From: a virus
Lineage: Duplodnaviria; Heunggongvirae; Uroviricota; Caudoviricetes
IMG/VR virus record: IMGVR_UViG_2778261515_000020
Coordinates: 1-10,757 of that record
Reading direction: 5' to 3' (one strand)
Length of the DNA stretch: 10,757 bases
Below the pieces are notes generated by a model, which made no database searches, was not told the DNA's origin, and worked only from the letters and a program-made list of their open reading frames with translations. The position numbers and the translations under genes are program-made. This document shows, piece by piece, positions 1 through 7,791 of the stretch (its first letter is position 1; each line of letters begins with the position of its first letter).

Positions 1-588
1 TTCAGGCCAGATGACATCCGGCGCGGTGCTGGTATCTGTTGCCGTCACCGCGTCAGTGTAATCCAGCACGGCGTTAAGTCGGGTTGTTTCTGCCTGCGTC
101 AGTTTCCGTCCGGCCTGCAATTTCAGTTGAATCAGACTGATGGAAGCCATAGCAGCATCAATCAGTGACTGGCGCTGTGCTTCTGCCGCTTCGACTACGG
201 CGCTATGCTGTGCCTCAGTATCGGTCACCCATTTCTCACCATCCCATTTATCGTATGGAGATAAAGGGGCGATAGTGGTTGTATTTTCAGGGTAATCACC
301 CGGAGCTGTGATTTCTTTTGATTCTCCTGTTTCTGTGCTATAGACGATTTCACCGCGATGGTCTGGCACATATTCCCATGAATTTAAATTCACAGAACGA
401 CAGATTGCATAACCAACCTTATGTATGCCAGGTGCATCAAGACAGGAACATGCTGGAATACCGACCCCCACAGCAAGATATTCAGTTGATGTGGAAATAT
501 ATTCCCGTGTTTCACTATCATAGTTATAGACGGTAATATTCCCCGCCTTCGTGGCAATAAACTCGCTATTTAATACAGCATTATCCAT
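1..588 (-). CDS. Phage tail fiber assembly protein (Tfa/gpG-like), partial; C-terminus lies beyond the window start
   Basis: Hand translation of the minus strand from the ATG at 588-586 gives MDNAVLNSEFIATKAGNITVYNYDSETREYISTSTEYLAVGVGIPACSCLDAPG...APDVIWPE with no stop through position 1 (196 codons). The N-terminal motif and the DVIWPE-type C-terminal region are typical of enterobacterial Tfa proteins. The start overlaps the stop of the upstream cassette (TAATG). This ORF is absent from the supplied track because it is truncated. Confidence 0.8.
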   Translation of the reverse strand, partial: MDNAVLNSEFIATKAGNITVYNYDSETREYISTSTEYLAVGVGIPACSCLDAPGIHKVGYAICRSVNLNSWEYVPDHRGEIVYSTETGESKEITAPGDYPENTTTIAPLSPYDKWDGEKWVTDTEAQHSAVVEAAEAQRQSLIDAAMASISLIQLKLQAGRKLTQAETTRLNAVLDYTDAVTATDTSTAPDVIWPE

Positions 589-1034
589 TATGCAGCCCTC
601 ACGATATAGTTAAATGCAACATTTCGTGGGCGGGTTTCGTTACCGCCAGGGAGCTGAAAAGCGTTGATAATCCCACCGCTTGCCTGACTTATTCCATCCG
701 TGTACAACCCGCCACCGGCACTGTCGCTGAGTGCAAATGTTTTTGATGGTGAACTGTTTGAAGCTGGTCCCCAGTATTTTAATGCGAGCTTTCTGACTTC
801 ATCACTCTGAATACTCAATAAAGCACGCCCTGTATCAATGCTGCGCCCATCATCCCAGCCACGAATAAACTCACCGCGGAGATCAGGTAGTTTCCCTGAT
901 GGATATGCTGTAGCAAGACGGGGATATTTAACCTTATCAAAGGCAGCGCCATTGCATTTCAGCCAGCCTGTTGGCGGCGTAGCTGAAGGCCACGGAACAG
1001 GGACACCAACAGGTAATGCAGAGCCTTCTCCCAA
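588..1034 (-). CDS. Tail fiber C-terminal variable cassette B (tail-collar-like domain); promoterless 3' gene segment
   Basis: The ORF translation contains LPVGVPVPWPSATPPTGWLKCNGAAF...LPDLRGEFIRGWDDGR, which matches the phage tail collar domain pattern as I recall it. The first codon in the track is TTG, not ATG, and there is no RBS, so this is a cassette rather than a free-standing gene. It ends ...NYIVRAA with its stop overlapping the tfa start. Confidence 0.6.
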   Translation of the reverse strand: MGEGSALPVGVPVPWPSATPPTGWLKCNGAAFDKVKYPRLATAYPSGKLPDLRGEFIRGWDDGRSIDTGRALLSIQSDEVRKLALKYWGPASNSSPSKTFALSDSAGGGLYTDGISQASGGIINAFQLPGGNETRPRNVAFNYIVRAA

Positions 1035-1047
1035 ACCAACGTTTTTA
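807..1047. repeat. Direct repeat copy 1 (about 241 bp, roughly 85% identical by eye to 1294..1534); 5' conserved part of cassette B
   Basis: Visual alignment of the plus strand: ctgaatactcaataaa...ccaaaccaacgttttta is shared by both copies, with identity breaking sharply after gttttta. Confidence 0.75.
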
Positions 1048-1051
1048 TGCA
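1026..1051 (-). other. Candidate invertase crossover site (hix/gix/pix-like) at the 5' end of cassette B
   Basis: The minus strand reads TGCATAAAAACG-TT-GGTTTGGGAGAA, resembling the AAAACC-NN-GGTTT core of Hin/Gin-family sites as I remember them. It sits exactly at the homology breakpoint between cassettes A and B. Confidence 0.4.
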
Positions 1052-1563
1052 GCTCTCACAATAAAGTTGAATGCAATATTGCGCGGTCGTGTTTCGCTCC
1101 CGCCTGTGTTACCAATACTCCCTCGTGTATGTAGCGTTGGTGATGGAATCAGGGTTCCGCCTGCACTGGTACCATCCAGTCCCTTGCCCTGTGTATATGC
1201 TCTTCTGAAGATTGCCGCCAGTTCCCATACCTCTTTTGAGTCATACCCATCGTTGGCGACAACAGGATGACGGTGCTTTTCCAGCATTCCGGCCTGAATA
1301 CTCAATAAAACACGTCCAGCATCAATACCGCGCCCATCATCCCAGCCACGAATAAATTCACCGCGTAAATCAGGCAGTTTTCCTGACGGGTACGCTGTGG
1401 CTAGTTTGGGATACTTCAGCTTATCAAAGGCAGCACCATTGCATTTTAGCCAGCCCTCTGGAGGTGTGGCTGAAGGCCACGGAACTGTTACACCAACAGG
1501 CAACGCAGAACCTTCCCCCAAACCAACGTTTTTAACTTCGAAAACAGAGCTATCTAATAGCAT
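1045..1563 (-). CDS. Tail fiber C-terminal variable cassette A (tail-collar-like domain); promoterless 3' gene segment next to the invertase
   Basis: The translation has the same tail-collar-like motif (LPVGVTVPWPSATPPEGWLKCNGAAF...LPDLRGEFIRGWDDGRG), then a divergent middle, then the same C-terminal tail as cassette B (ETRPRNIAFNFIVRAA). There is no RBS upstream of the ATG at 1563. Its position next to the invertase matches the silent S'v-type segment of Mu G / P1 C / e14 P systems. Confidence 0.6.
   Translation of the reverse strand: MLLDSSVFEVKNVGLGEGSALPVGVTVPWPSATPPEGWLKCNGAAFDKLKYPKLATAYPSGKLPDLRGEFIRGWDDGRGIDAGRVLLSIQAGMLEKHRHPVVANDGYDSKEVWELAAIFRRAYTQGKGLDGTSAGGTLIPSPTLHTRGSIGNTGGSETRPRNIAFNFIVRAA
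1294..1534. repeat. Direct repeat copy 2 (about 241 bp); 5' conserved part of cassette A
   Basis: Visual alignment with 807..1047. A second shorter shared block, about 75% identical by eye, lies at the cassette 3' ends (591..648 versus 1048..1105). Confidence 0.75.
1513..1538 (-). other. Candidate invertase crossover site (hix/gix/pix-like) at the 5' end of cassette A
   Basis: The minus strand reads AAGTTAAAAACG-TT-GGTTTGGGGGAA. The right half and centre are shared with the cassette B site and the left half differs, as with hixL versus hixR. It lies about 55 bp upstream of the invertase start. Confidence 0.4.
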
Positions 1564-1591
1564 TTTTACTAACAGAAACAGGATGCTTTTT

Positions 1592-2191
1592 ATGCAAATT
1601 GGCTATATTCGCGTATCAACAAATGACCAGAACACGGATTTGCAACGCAATGCGCTCAATAGCGCAGGATGTGAACTGATTTTTGAAGATAAAATCAGCG
1701 GAACAAAATCAGCCAGACCGGGATTGAAAAAACTGCTCAGAACGTTATCAGCGGGGGATACGCTCGTTGTCTGGAAACTGGACAGGCTGGGCAGAAGCAT
1801 GAAACACCTGATCACACTGATTGAGGAATTGCGGAAAAAAGGTGTCAATTTTCGTAGTCTGACGGATTCAATTGATACCAGTACCCCAATGGGACGATTT
1901 TTCTTCCACGTGATGGGCGCCCTGGCTGAAATGGAACGTGAATTAATTGTAGAGCGTACACTGGCCGGACTGGCAGCAGCCCGCGCACAGGGGCGAATTG
2001 GTGGGCGTCGCCCGAAACTGACAAAAGAGCAACATGAGCAAATAGCGAGGCTGATTAAAAACGGCCACGACAGAAAACAGCTGGCCATAATTTACGACAT
2101 CGGTATATCGACGATTTATCGTTATCACCCTGTAGGTGACACGCAACCCGGAGGAATAATTGAGAATACTCAGGAAACAAAAAACCGCTAA
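1592..2191 (+). CDS. Serine-recombinase DNA invertase, Hin/Gin/Cin/Pin family
   Basis: MQIGYIRVSTNDQNTDLQRNAL...DTLVVWKLDRLGRSMKHL...SLTDSIDTSTPMGRFFFHVMGALAEMERELIVERTLAGLAAARAQGRIGGRRPKLT closely resembles the Hin and Pin sequences as I recall them, including the catalytic Ser in IRVST and a C-terminal HTH. The start was chosen at the ATG at 1592 (AGGA 8 nt upstream). The track ORF from 1397 is an upstream artefact. Confidence 0.9.
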   Translation: MQIGYIRVSTNDQNTDLQRNALNSAGCELIFEDKISGTKSARPGLKKLLRTLSAGDTLVVWKLDRLGRSMKHLITLIEELRKKGVNFRSLTDSIDTSTPMGRFFFHVMGALAEMERELIVERTLAGLAAARAQGRIGGRRPKLTKEQHEQIARLIKNGHDRKQLAIIYDIGISTIYRYHPVGDTQPGGIIENTQETKNR

Positions 2192-2211
2192 TCTGAACAT
2201 TAGCGGTTTTT
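2181..2211. terminator. Bidirectional intrinsic terminator between the convergent invertase and U genes
   Basis: Perfect 12-bp stem AAAACCGCTAAT / ATTAGCGGTTTT around a 6-nt loop (CTGAAC), with A-tract on one side and T-tract on the other. The stem overlaps the invertase stop codon (2189-2191) and lies 9 nt from the U stop. Confidence 0.6.
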
Positions 2212-2219
2212 ACGTTAAA

Positions 2220-2708
2220 TCAGAACACCCCTTTAACTGAGCTGACCACATTGTTAAGGGATGATGTCACCTTATCTTTAAGACCGGACAGCATATCACT
2301 GAACGATGAGGATTGCAGGCGCTCCCGCAAATCCTCATCACAGCGTTCAAGGGTCAGGGAAAACTCTATCTTTTTCGCTTTCCCGTAGCGATCCAGTTCA
2401 GAGCGGGTCGTGCTCGTTTCAGTCAGAACATACATGCCGTAAATCTGCCCGACGCCATCAATCAGAGGCCACGGGCGTCCCGCATACGCCTGCGTGGCCA
2501 GCAGCGACAGCGACACTTCGCCGCCTGTAATCTCAGGATAAAGCACGCCGGAAAGAACGATGCGATCATCACCTGCACCGATATACTGCCAGCTTGCTGA
2601 ACGGTTAACGCGCTCGTTTTTCACATGTCGCCAGCTTTTGTTTTGCTGTAACTGCTGATGCGGTAATGTGCGCAACTCAAAAACAAACATGCCGTAGATC
2701 ATCATCAT
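2220..2708 (-). CDS. U: P2 gpU-like tail protein
   Basis: 162 aa beginning MMMIYGMFVFELRTLPHQQLQ...WPLIDGVGQIYGMYV, resembling P2 gpU as I recall it. AAGGAG lies 7 nt upstream of the ATG and overlaps the T stop. It sits immediately downstream of T, as in P2. Confidence 0.85.
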   Translation of the reverse strand: MMMIYGMFVFELRTLPHQQLQQNKSWRHVKNERVNRSASWQYIGAGDDRIVLSGVLYPEITGGEVSLSLLATQAYAGRPWPLIDGVGQIYGMYVLTETSTTRSELDRYGKAKKIEFSLTLERCDEDLRERLQSSSFSDMLSGLKDKVTSSLNNVVSSVKGVF

Positions 2709-2719
2709 GGCACGACTCC

Positions 2720-5557
2720 TTACTCTTTATCATAAAAGCTACCACGCCCGGCACGGGTACGCCGCTCCAGTTCTGCCCTGACCATTTCGCCGACCAGTTT
2801 CGCCAGTTCGCGGGGATTCTGCGTAACAACGTTATGCAGATGGACATGAATTTCACCACCAAATTCGGGTGCCGCAGTCTCCCGGCTGCGGGAAGATGCG
2901 GAAACGGGCGCAACTGGCGCACGTGCGGCCTCCACGACCGGACGGGAGCTTGCTGCAACAACAGGGGGCAACACCGGAGATAACGGAGCCGGGACCACGG
3001 GTGTGATGTTGATTGCGGAAGCAGGCTTACTGACCTGCGCAATCTTCCGCTCCTGCCACTCCCCGCGAACAGCAAGCGCACGGGGCAGGTTCTTAAAGAC
3101 AATATCACCGGGGCCGATACGCTTTTTCGTCTCATCAACCAGCTTGCCTGTGTTATCTGCAATTTTGCTGAGCCTGCGCAGCGTGCCAGTGTTGTTGTCC
3201 GTGAGCGGCTTGTTGTCTTTAGGCTTATCGCCTCCGGTCCCTGTTTCCGCAGATTTCGGCGGATTGATTTTTGCCAGGTCCCCCTGAAGCAAAGCAACCT
3301 TGTCCTGAAGAATGGCCGCACGCTGCGCGTCTTCGATTTTCTTTCTCGCCCTTTCCGCTTCATCTGGAAGGACGCCAAGTTTTTCCAGTATCCATGCCAG
3401 CGTATCCAGCAGCATTTTTGCAGGCGTCAGGACAAGCTGTAACGCACCGCCAAGAACGTTGCCGAACACCTCGCCAGCACTGGTGCATTTATCCAGCGTT
3501 TCCTTACTGGATTCCATCGGTGACAGCAGCGATGTAAACCAGTTAAAGACCTGAATCACGCCATCACGAACTAGTTCGAAAACAGGGCCAAACCGTTCAA
3601 AGGTTTCGCGTAACGGGGCCAGCCGCTCCATAATCCCGCTGAACACCCCGGCAAAAAATGCCCTGATTGGGTCCCAGTATTTCCAGATGAGAGCGGCAGC
3701 TCCGGCAAGCGCAGCCACGATAAGACCGACCGGGCTGAACAACGCCCCGATAGCGCCTCCAAGTAAAGAGACGGAACCCGCCACCATTCCCCACAGCGCT
3801 GGCAGGACCCTGACAGCATTCATTGATCCGGTCAGGAGGGAAAAACCAAGACGCAGTTTTGCCAGCGGGCCAGCAAGCACCCCAAGAGCCAGTGACAACG
3901 AGCCAACCGTTGCAGTCATTGCCAGCAGCGCACCGCCTGCAATCAGTAGCTGGCGCGTCAGTGCCGGATGGGCCTGCGCCAGCTCCGTCACCTTTGAGAC
4001 CACCCGAGTGAGCCACTGCGTGACAGAGCGCAGCGGACCGTCAATCAGATCCGCAATGCGGATACGCAGCCCCTCCCATGCACTGCCGAGTGATCTCAGG
4101 TCGCCATCAAGGTTATTGGCCATAACCTTTGCCGTGCGTTCAGCCTCACCGCGTGCGCCTTCAAGTTCTTTTCTCAGCTTGGGCAGAGAACCGTCACCTG
4201 CCGCATCAACGAGGGCCATAAATGACGTGAAGGCCTCTTCTCCGGCTATGTCCTTAAAGAACGATACCCGGTCAACTTCCCCGTATTTGCGGGTGGCTTT
4301 ATAAAGGTCGGCCAGCACATCCTCCATCGGGCGCATTTTGCCGTTCGCATCAGAGACAGCCACACCAAGCTCTTTCAGCGCCTCTGCTGCCGCCTTTGGC
4401 GGTGATGCCAGACGAGCAAGGCTGGCACGCATTGCCGTCCCGGCATCACTCCCTCTGATACCCATATTCGCCAGCACGCCCGCCATCGCTGCGGCCTGCT
4501 CCAGCGATATTCCCAGCTTACCCGCCACCGGACCTGCATATTTCATGGTTTCGCCCAGCGCGCGAAGGTCGGTGTTAGTACGGGTAAACGCCGCAGTAAG
4601 TGTGTCGCCGACCCGGTCCATCTGGTCAGCAGAGAGACCGAACTGCGTCAGGATATTTGAGCCAATATCCGCCGTCTCGCCAAGGTCCATACCGCCAGCC
4701 GTTGCCATGCTCAGCACGCCGGGAAGCGCAGCCTGAATGGCTTCTGGTGTGAAGCCAGCCATAGCAAGAAATGCCTGCCCACTGGCGGCATCACTCGCAG
4801 TAAACTGCGTTTCAGAGCCGAGCTTTAGCGCCTGCTCACGCAGCGCCTTAAACTGCGGGCTGTTCTGGTCAATTCGCGTCAGCGCCTGCACACGGGACAT
4901 CTCTTTCCCGAATCCGATAGCGGGCTGCAAAAAACGCCCGGCAGCATAGCCGCCAGCCGCTGCCGCACCAGTTGCCAGCGCACCACCCGTTTTCAGTTTT
5001 CCCGCTGTTTCCTGCGCGCGTGAATACTGCTCACGCGCCCGCGTTACACGCGCAAGCGCCTGTCGTTCGCGTTCAAGCTGGTTGTTGTACTGTTCGGTGC
5101 GTCTGATGGCCTGCTGGATGGTGTTATCGCTGCCTGTCAGGGAAATACCGTGGCGTTTAAGCTCTCCGCCAAGCTCCCGCATTTTCTGAATTTCCCGCGT
5201 GCGCGATTCATTCAGGCGTTCAAGCCGGGTGCTTAACTGCTGCATCAGCCTTTGTTGTTTTTCGCTGAGCACAGTACCCGTGCGTTGTAACTGATGAAGG
5301 GCGTTAAGCTGGCGTCGTGCTTTCACGATGCCAGCATCCGCTTTACTGACAGCATCGCGGGCGCGCTCAAATGAACGCGCCTGACGCTCGAGATTTTTGA
5401 TTGCCCCCTGCGTTTGCTGGATGGAGTCACCAAGCCGCCCCATCAGGCGGCGGGCGTTTTCGGCTGGCCGGGTCAGCCTGTCAACAGCACTGAAGGCGAC
5501 CCGAATGTCAAGAGTCTTCATTGTCTGCATTCCCACTGCGAAGTGCCGCCCGCTCAC
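2720..5557 (-). CDS. T: Tail tape measure protein (P2 gpT-like)
   Basis: ORF of about 945 aa with coiled-coil-like Q/R/E/A-rich N-terminal half, a central hydrophobic glycine/alanine-rich segment, and a position between E/E' and U. The start is uncertain: the longest ORF begins with GTG at 5557, and in-frame ATGs at 5530 and 5521 are alternatives. Confidence 0.8.
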   Translation of the reverse strand: MSGRHFAVGMQTMKTLDIRVAFSAVDRLTRPAENARRLMGRLGDSIQQTQGAIKNLERQARSFERARDAVSKADAGIVKARRQLNALHQLQRTGTVLSEKQQRLMQQLSTRLERLNESRTREIQKMRELGGELKRHGISLTGSDNTIQQAIRRTEQYNNQLERERQALARVTRAREQYSRAQETAGKLKTGGALATGAAAAGGYAAGRFLQPAIGFGKEMSRVQALTRIDQNSPQFKALREQALKLGSETQFTASDAASGQAFLAMAGFTPEAIQAALPGVLSMATAGGMDLGETADIGSNILTQFGLSADQMDRVGDTLTAAFTRTNTDLRALGETMKYAGPVAGKLGISLEQAAAMAGVLANMGIRGSDAGTAMRASLARLASPPKAAAEALKELGVAVSDANGKMRPMEDVLADLYKATRKYGEVDRVSFFKDIAGEEAFTSFMALVDAAGDGSLPKLRKELEGARGEAERTAKVMANNLDGDLRSLGSAWEGLRIRIADLIDGPLRSVTQWLTRVVSKVTELAQAHPALTRQLLIAGGALLAMTATVGSLSLALGVLAGPLAKLRLGFSLLTGSMNAVRVLPALWGMVAGSVSLLGGAIGALFSPVGLIVAALAGAAALIWKYWDPIRAFFAGVFSGIMERLAPLRETFERFGPVFELVRDGVIQVFNWFTSLLSPMESSKETLDKCTSAGEVFGNVLGGALQLVLTPAKMLLDTLAWILEKLGVLPDEAERARKKIEDAQRAAILQDKVALLQGDLAKINPPKSAETGTGGDKPKDNKPLTDNNTGTLRRLSKIADNTGKLVDETKKRIGPGDIVFKNLPRALAVRGEWQERKIAQVSKPASAINITPVVPAPLSPVLPPVVAASSRPVVEAARAPVAPVSASSRSRETAAPEFGGEIHVHLHNVVTQNPRELAKLVGEMVRAELERRTRAGRGSFYDKE

Positions 5558-6040
5558 GCCAGCTAACCACTTCGCCGGGCGTCATCATGAAGATTTCGGC
5601 GGGCGACCAGTTAAAAATAACGGCAATATCTGCCACAAAGTCTTCTATGTGCTCAAAGCACACAACCGTGATCAGGCTTCCGTCGCCTGTTCGTTCTTCC
5701 CGCCAGAGTCCGCACCGCTCAAAAAATTTACGGCAACCACACATAACTGAATAAAGTCACGGGATGCCATTTTTTTGATCGTCACTTCATCCAGTCGCGG
5801 TGATGTCACGCGTGACAACAGCGTAAACATGGATTCCGCTTTCAGACTCAGCACATCAGACAGCGACAGACCACGCAGGGATCCAGCCTGCTCAATAGCC
5901 CCGGTGATCTCCACATACGTGATTTTTTCGTCGCCTCGCTCAATTGGCTGGGTAAGTTTTACGCCGCGCTCGCTGGTTTCTTTCGCAGTATCAGCAACCA
6001 CCACAGCGTTTTCAGTATCGGTATTTTTCGTCTCTTTCAT
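5508..6040 (-). CDS. Tail assembly chaperone E+E' fusion made by programmed -1 ribosomal frameshift
   Basis: Slippery heptamer T TTT TTG in the zero frame of E (minus strand, 5720..5726, codons Asn-Phe-Leu 105-107). The -1 frame continues ...FFERCGLWREERTGDGSLITVVCFEHIEDF...NADNEDS to a stop at 5508, matching the track ORF 5508..5744 and overlapping the T start. This is the same arrangement as P2 E/E' and lambda G/GT. Confidence 0.7.
5672..6040 (-). CDS. E: Tail assembly chaperone gpE-like (zero-frame product)
   Basis: 122-aa ORF between FII and T. GAAAGGAG lies 8 nt upstream of the ATG at 6040. It contains the frameshift heptamer near its 3' end. Confidence 0.8.
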   Translation of the reverse strand: MKETKNTDTENAVVVADTAKETSERGVKLTQPIERGDEKITYVEITGAIEQAGSLRGLSLSDVLSLKAESMFTLLSRVTSPRLDEVTIKKMASRDFIQLCVVAVNFLSGADSGGKNEQATEA

Positions 6041-6094
6041 CAGAAAACTCCTTTCAGTCAGAGGCGACGCACTGCGCCGCCTGCATATTACTTA

Positions 6095-6607
6095 TCAGCC
6101 GAGCCCGAGCGCGGAGCGGATGCGGTCGGGTACAATGTCCTTGCCATCCTTCCGGTAGATGTGGTTCACCAGGTCAATTTCCCACACCGGACGATCGTTA
6201 ATACTCAGCTTGTAGTAGGTGTTTTTGACAGCGTAAGTGTGTGACGTGGCTTCGCCCTGTTTGGCCTCCCCCATATCAATTTCCGTCACACGCCCGCGCA
6301 TCTCGATTTCATACAGGTCGCTTTCTGCATCGGTGTAGTATTCACCCGCAAAACGCAGCAGCGTGCCGTCCATTGTTCCGCCATATTTAAGGAACAGCGC
6401 ACGAACGGCGCCACCCATGACAAAACTCGCATCAAGCGCGGAATCGTCCAGGCCGAGGTCGATACTCACCGCTCCCAGCATGCCACCACCACGATAGCTG
6501 TCGGTTTTACGCGTCAGTTTAGGCGGGGTGACAGACGTCACCTTACCCACTTCATTTTCACCATCCACAAACAGCGTAAAAAAACGAAGATGTTTTGGTA
6601 CGGCCAT
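6095..6607 (-). CDS. FII: Tail tube protein (P2 FII-like)
   Basis: 170 aa at the right size and position for P2 FII. Its start overlaps the FI stop (TAATG). Confidence 0.88.
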   Translation of the reverse strand: MAVPKHLRFFTLFVDGENEVGKVTSVTPPKLTRKTDSYRGGGMLGAVSIDLGLDDSALDASFVMGGAVRALFLKYGGTMDGTLLRFAGEYYTDAESDLYEIEMRGRVTEIDMGEAKQGEATSHTYAVKNTYYKLSINDRPVWEIDLVNHIYRKDGKDIVPDRIRSALGLG

Positions 6608-7791
6608 TAAGCACCTCCAAGCACTGCAAATGCAGGACCAAAGAACTCATCAGTGAACGCCTGGTAAAGCTCCATATCTTCCAGCGGAGGAACGGGCGTA
6701 TATTTATAGCGAATACGCACGCGCCCCTGTCGTAATTCTGTGGTGCTGTTATCCACGATGTCATACCAGCACGATGCGCCAATCAGTTTCCCGGCAGTAA
6801 CCAGCGAATCCAGTTTTGCCCTGATGGCACTGATAACATCCTTCACGTTCGCGGGCGTCAGTGGACTGTCGATGGTTTCAAACTGCGCTTCCGCAATTGA
6901 ATCAGCCAGCACCTGTGCGGTTCGGGTATACACCTCAAAGATGTAGGCATTCGTTTCCGGTGTGCGGTTGCCCCAGAAGCGGAACCCGTTGCGGCGAATG
7001 ATGGTTGTGATTTCTTTGTTGTTGAGGCTGTTGGCATCGCTGTCAGCAGCCTGCAACGACCAGAACACATGCCTGGACATCCCCAGCACATTTTTGACCG
7101 GAACGTTGGACAGCGATTTGTGCCAGCCCTGCTCATGGTCAATGTACGCACGAAGGCCGCACGCATAGGCTGGCGCGGGGAAAACCTCATTCTCGCCACT
7201 TTTCGGGTTGTAAGCGATGAAGTCCGGCCACAGGAGCATCAGCTCGCGTTCGTTGAATTTTTCACGGTATGCAATGGCTTCAGCCATCGTGTTACAGCCA
7301 TGACAGGAGGCATACACAAACGCGCGCAGTTTACCTGCAATCACGCACAGGGATTTTGTCACCGCCTCCGTGTCCAGCCCCGGCGCGGCCAGAATACGCG
7401 GACGGTATCCGATGCTTTCATCCTGCTCTGCAACAAGCAGCGCATACATCCCCGTATAGCTGCCGTCGGATTCAGAACCACCAATAACCAGTTGATCCTG
7501 TGTTTTTCCGTCTTCTTCTTTGTGTTCAGCCACGCGAACGACGATCACCTTTGTGCTCACCTGGTCTGCAATGGGTTTCAGCGCACGGTACAGCGTCCCC
7601 GTTGTCCCGCATTTTCCCAGCACGTCATTGACGCGGGTCACTAATGCAGGCTTGTTCAGCGGGAACAGCTTCGCGTCCGCATCGTCCGCCGTTGCCACGA
7701 TACCGATAACGCTGGAATCAACGTCGTTAATTGCTGTTACCAGGTCGGTACTTTCCGTAACGCGGGCGCCATGAAAACGAGTTTCACTCAT
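6607..7791 (-). CDS. FI: Contractile tail sheath protein (P2 FI-like)
   Basis: 394 aa with motifs I recall from P2 FI (LSNV.V...FW.LQ..., TLIRR.GFRFWGNRT, YTRTAQV.AD, YTPVPPLE). AAGGGG RBS upstream of the ATG at 7791. Confidence 0.9.
   Translation of the reverse strand: MSETRFHGARVTESTDLVTAINDVDSSVIGIVATADDADAKLFPLNKPALVTRVNDVLGKCGTTGTLYRALKPIADQVSTKVIVVRVAEHKEEDGKTQDQLVIGGSESDGSYTGMYALLVAEQDESIGYRPRILAAPGLDTEAVTKSLCVIAGKLRAFVYASCHGCNTMAEAIAYREKFNERELMLLWPDFIAYNPKSGENEVFPAPAYACGLRAYIDHEQGWHKSLSNVPVKNVLGMSRHVFWSLQAADSDANSLNNKEITTIIRRNGFRFWGNRTPETNAYIFEVYTRTAQVLADSIAEAQFETIDSPLTPANVKDVISAIRAKLDSLVTAGKLIGASCWYDIVDNSTTELRQGRVRIRYKYTPVPPLEDMELYQAFTDEFFGPAFAVLGGA

Noticed and set aside
318-536. 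72-aa plus-strand ORF
   Set aside because: It lies antisense inside the well-supported tfa coding region, has no RBS and no recognisable motif. Likely a chance ORF.
1397-1591. N-terminal extension of the invertase ORF in the track (start at 1397)
   Set aside because: The extension overlaps cassette A on the other strand and its translation is unrelated to invertases. The conserved N-terminus (MQIGYIRVST) begins at the ATG at 1592, which has an RBS.
1603-2200. Minus-strand ORFs 1603..2088 and 1943..2200
   Set aside because: Antisense to the strongly supported invertase gene; low-complexity translation.
2677-4949. Several long ORFs overlapping T in other frames or on the other strand (2677..3378 -, 3003..3287 +, 3271..3554 +, 3597..4016 -, 3687..4304 +, 4338..4736 +, 4737..4949 +)
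   Set aside because: They all lie inside the tape-measure gene, which is GC-rich, and have Arg/Ser/Pro/Ala-rich translations typical of off-frame artefacts.
6041-6094. Imperfect palindrome GGCGACGCACTGCGCCGCC between FII and E
   Set aside because: It has mismatches and no adjacent U-tract, and lies inside an operon. Probably incidental or at most a weak RNA structure.
6858-7774. ORFs antisense or off-frame within the sheath gene FI (for example 7069..7644 +, 6858..7199 -)
   Set aside because: Embedded in a well-supported CDS with no independent signals.
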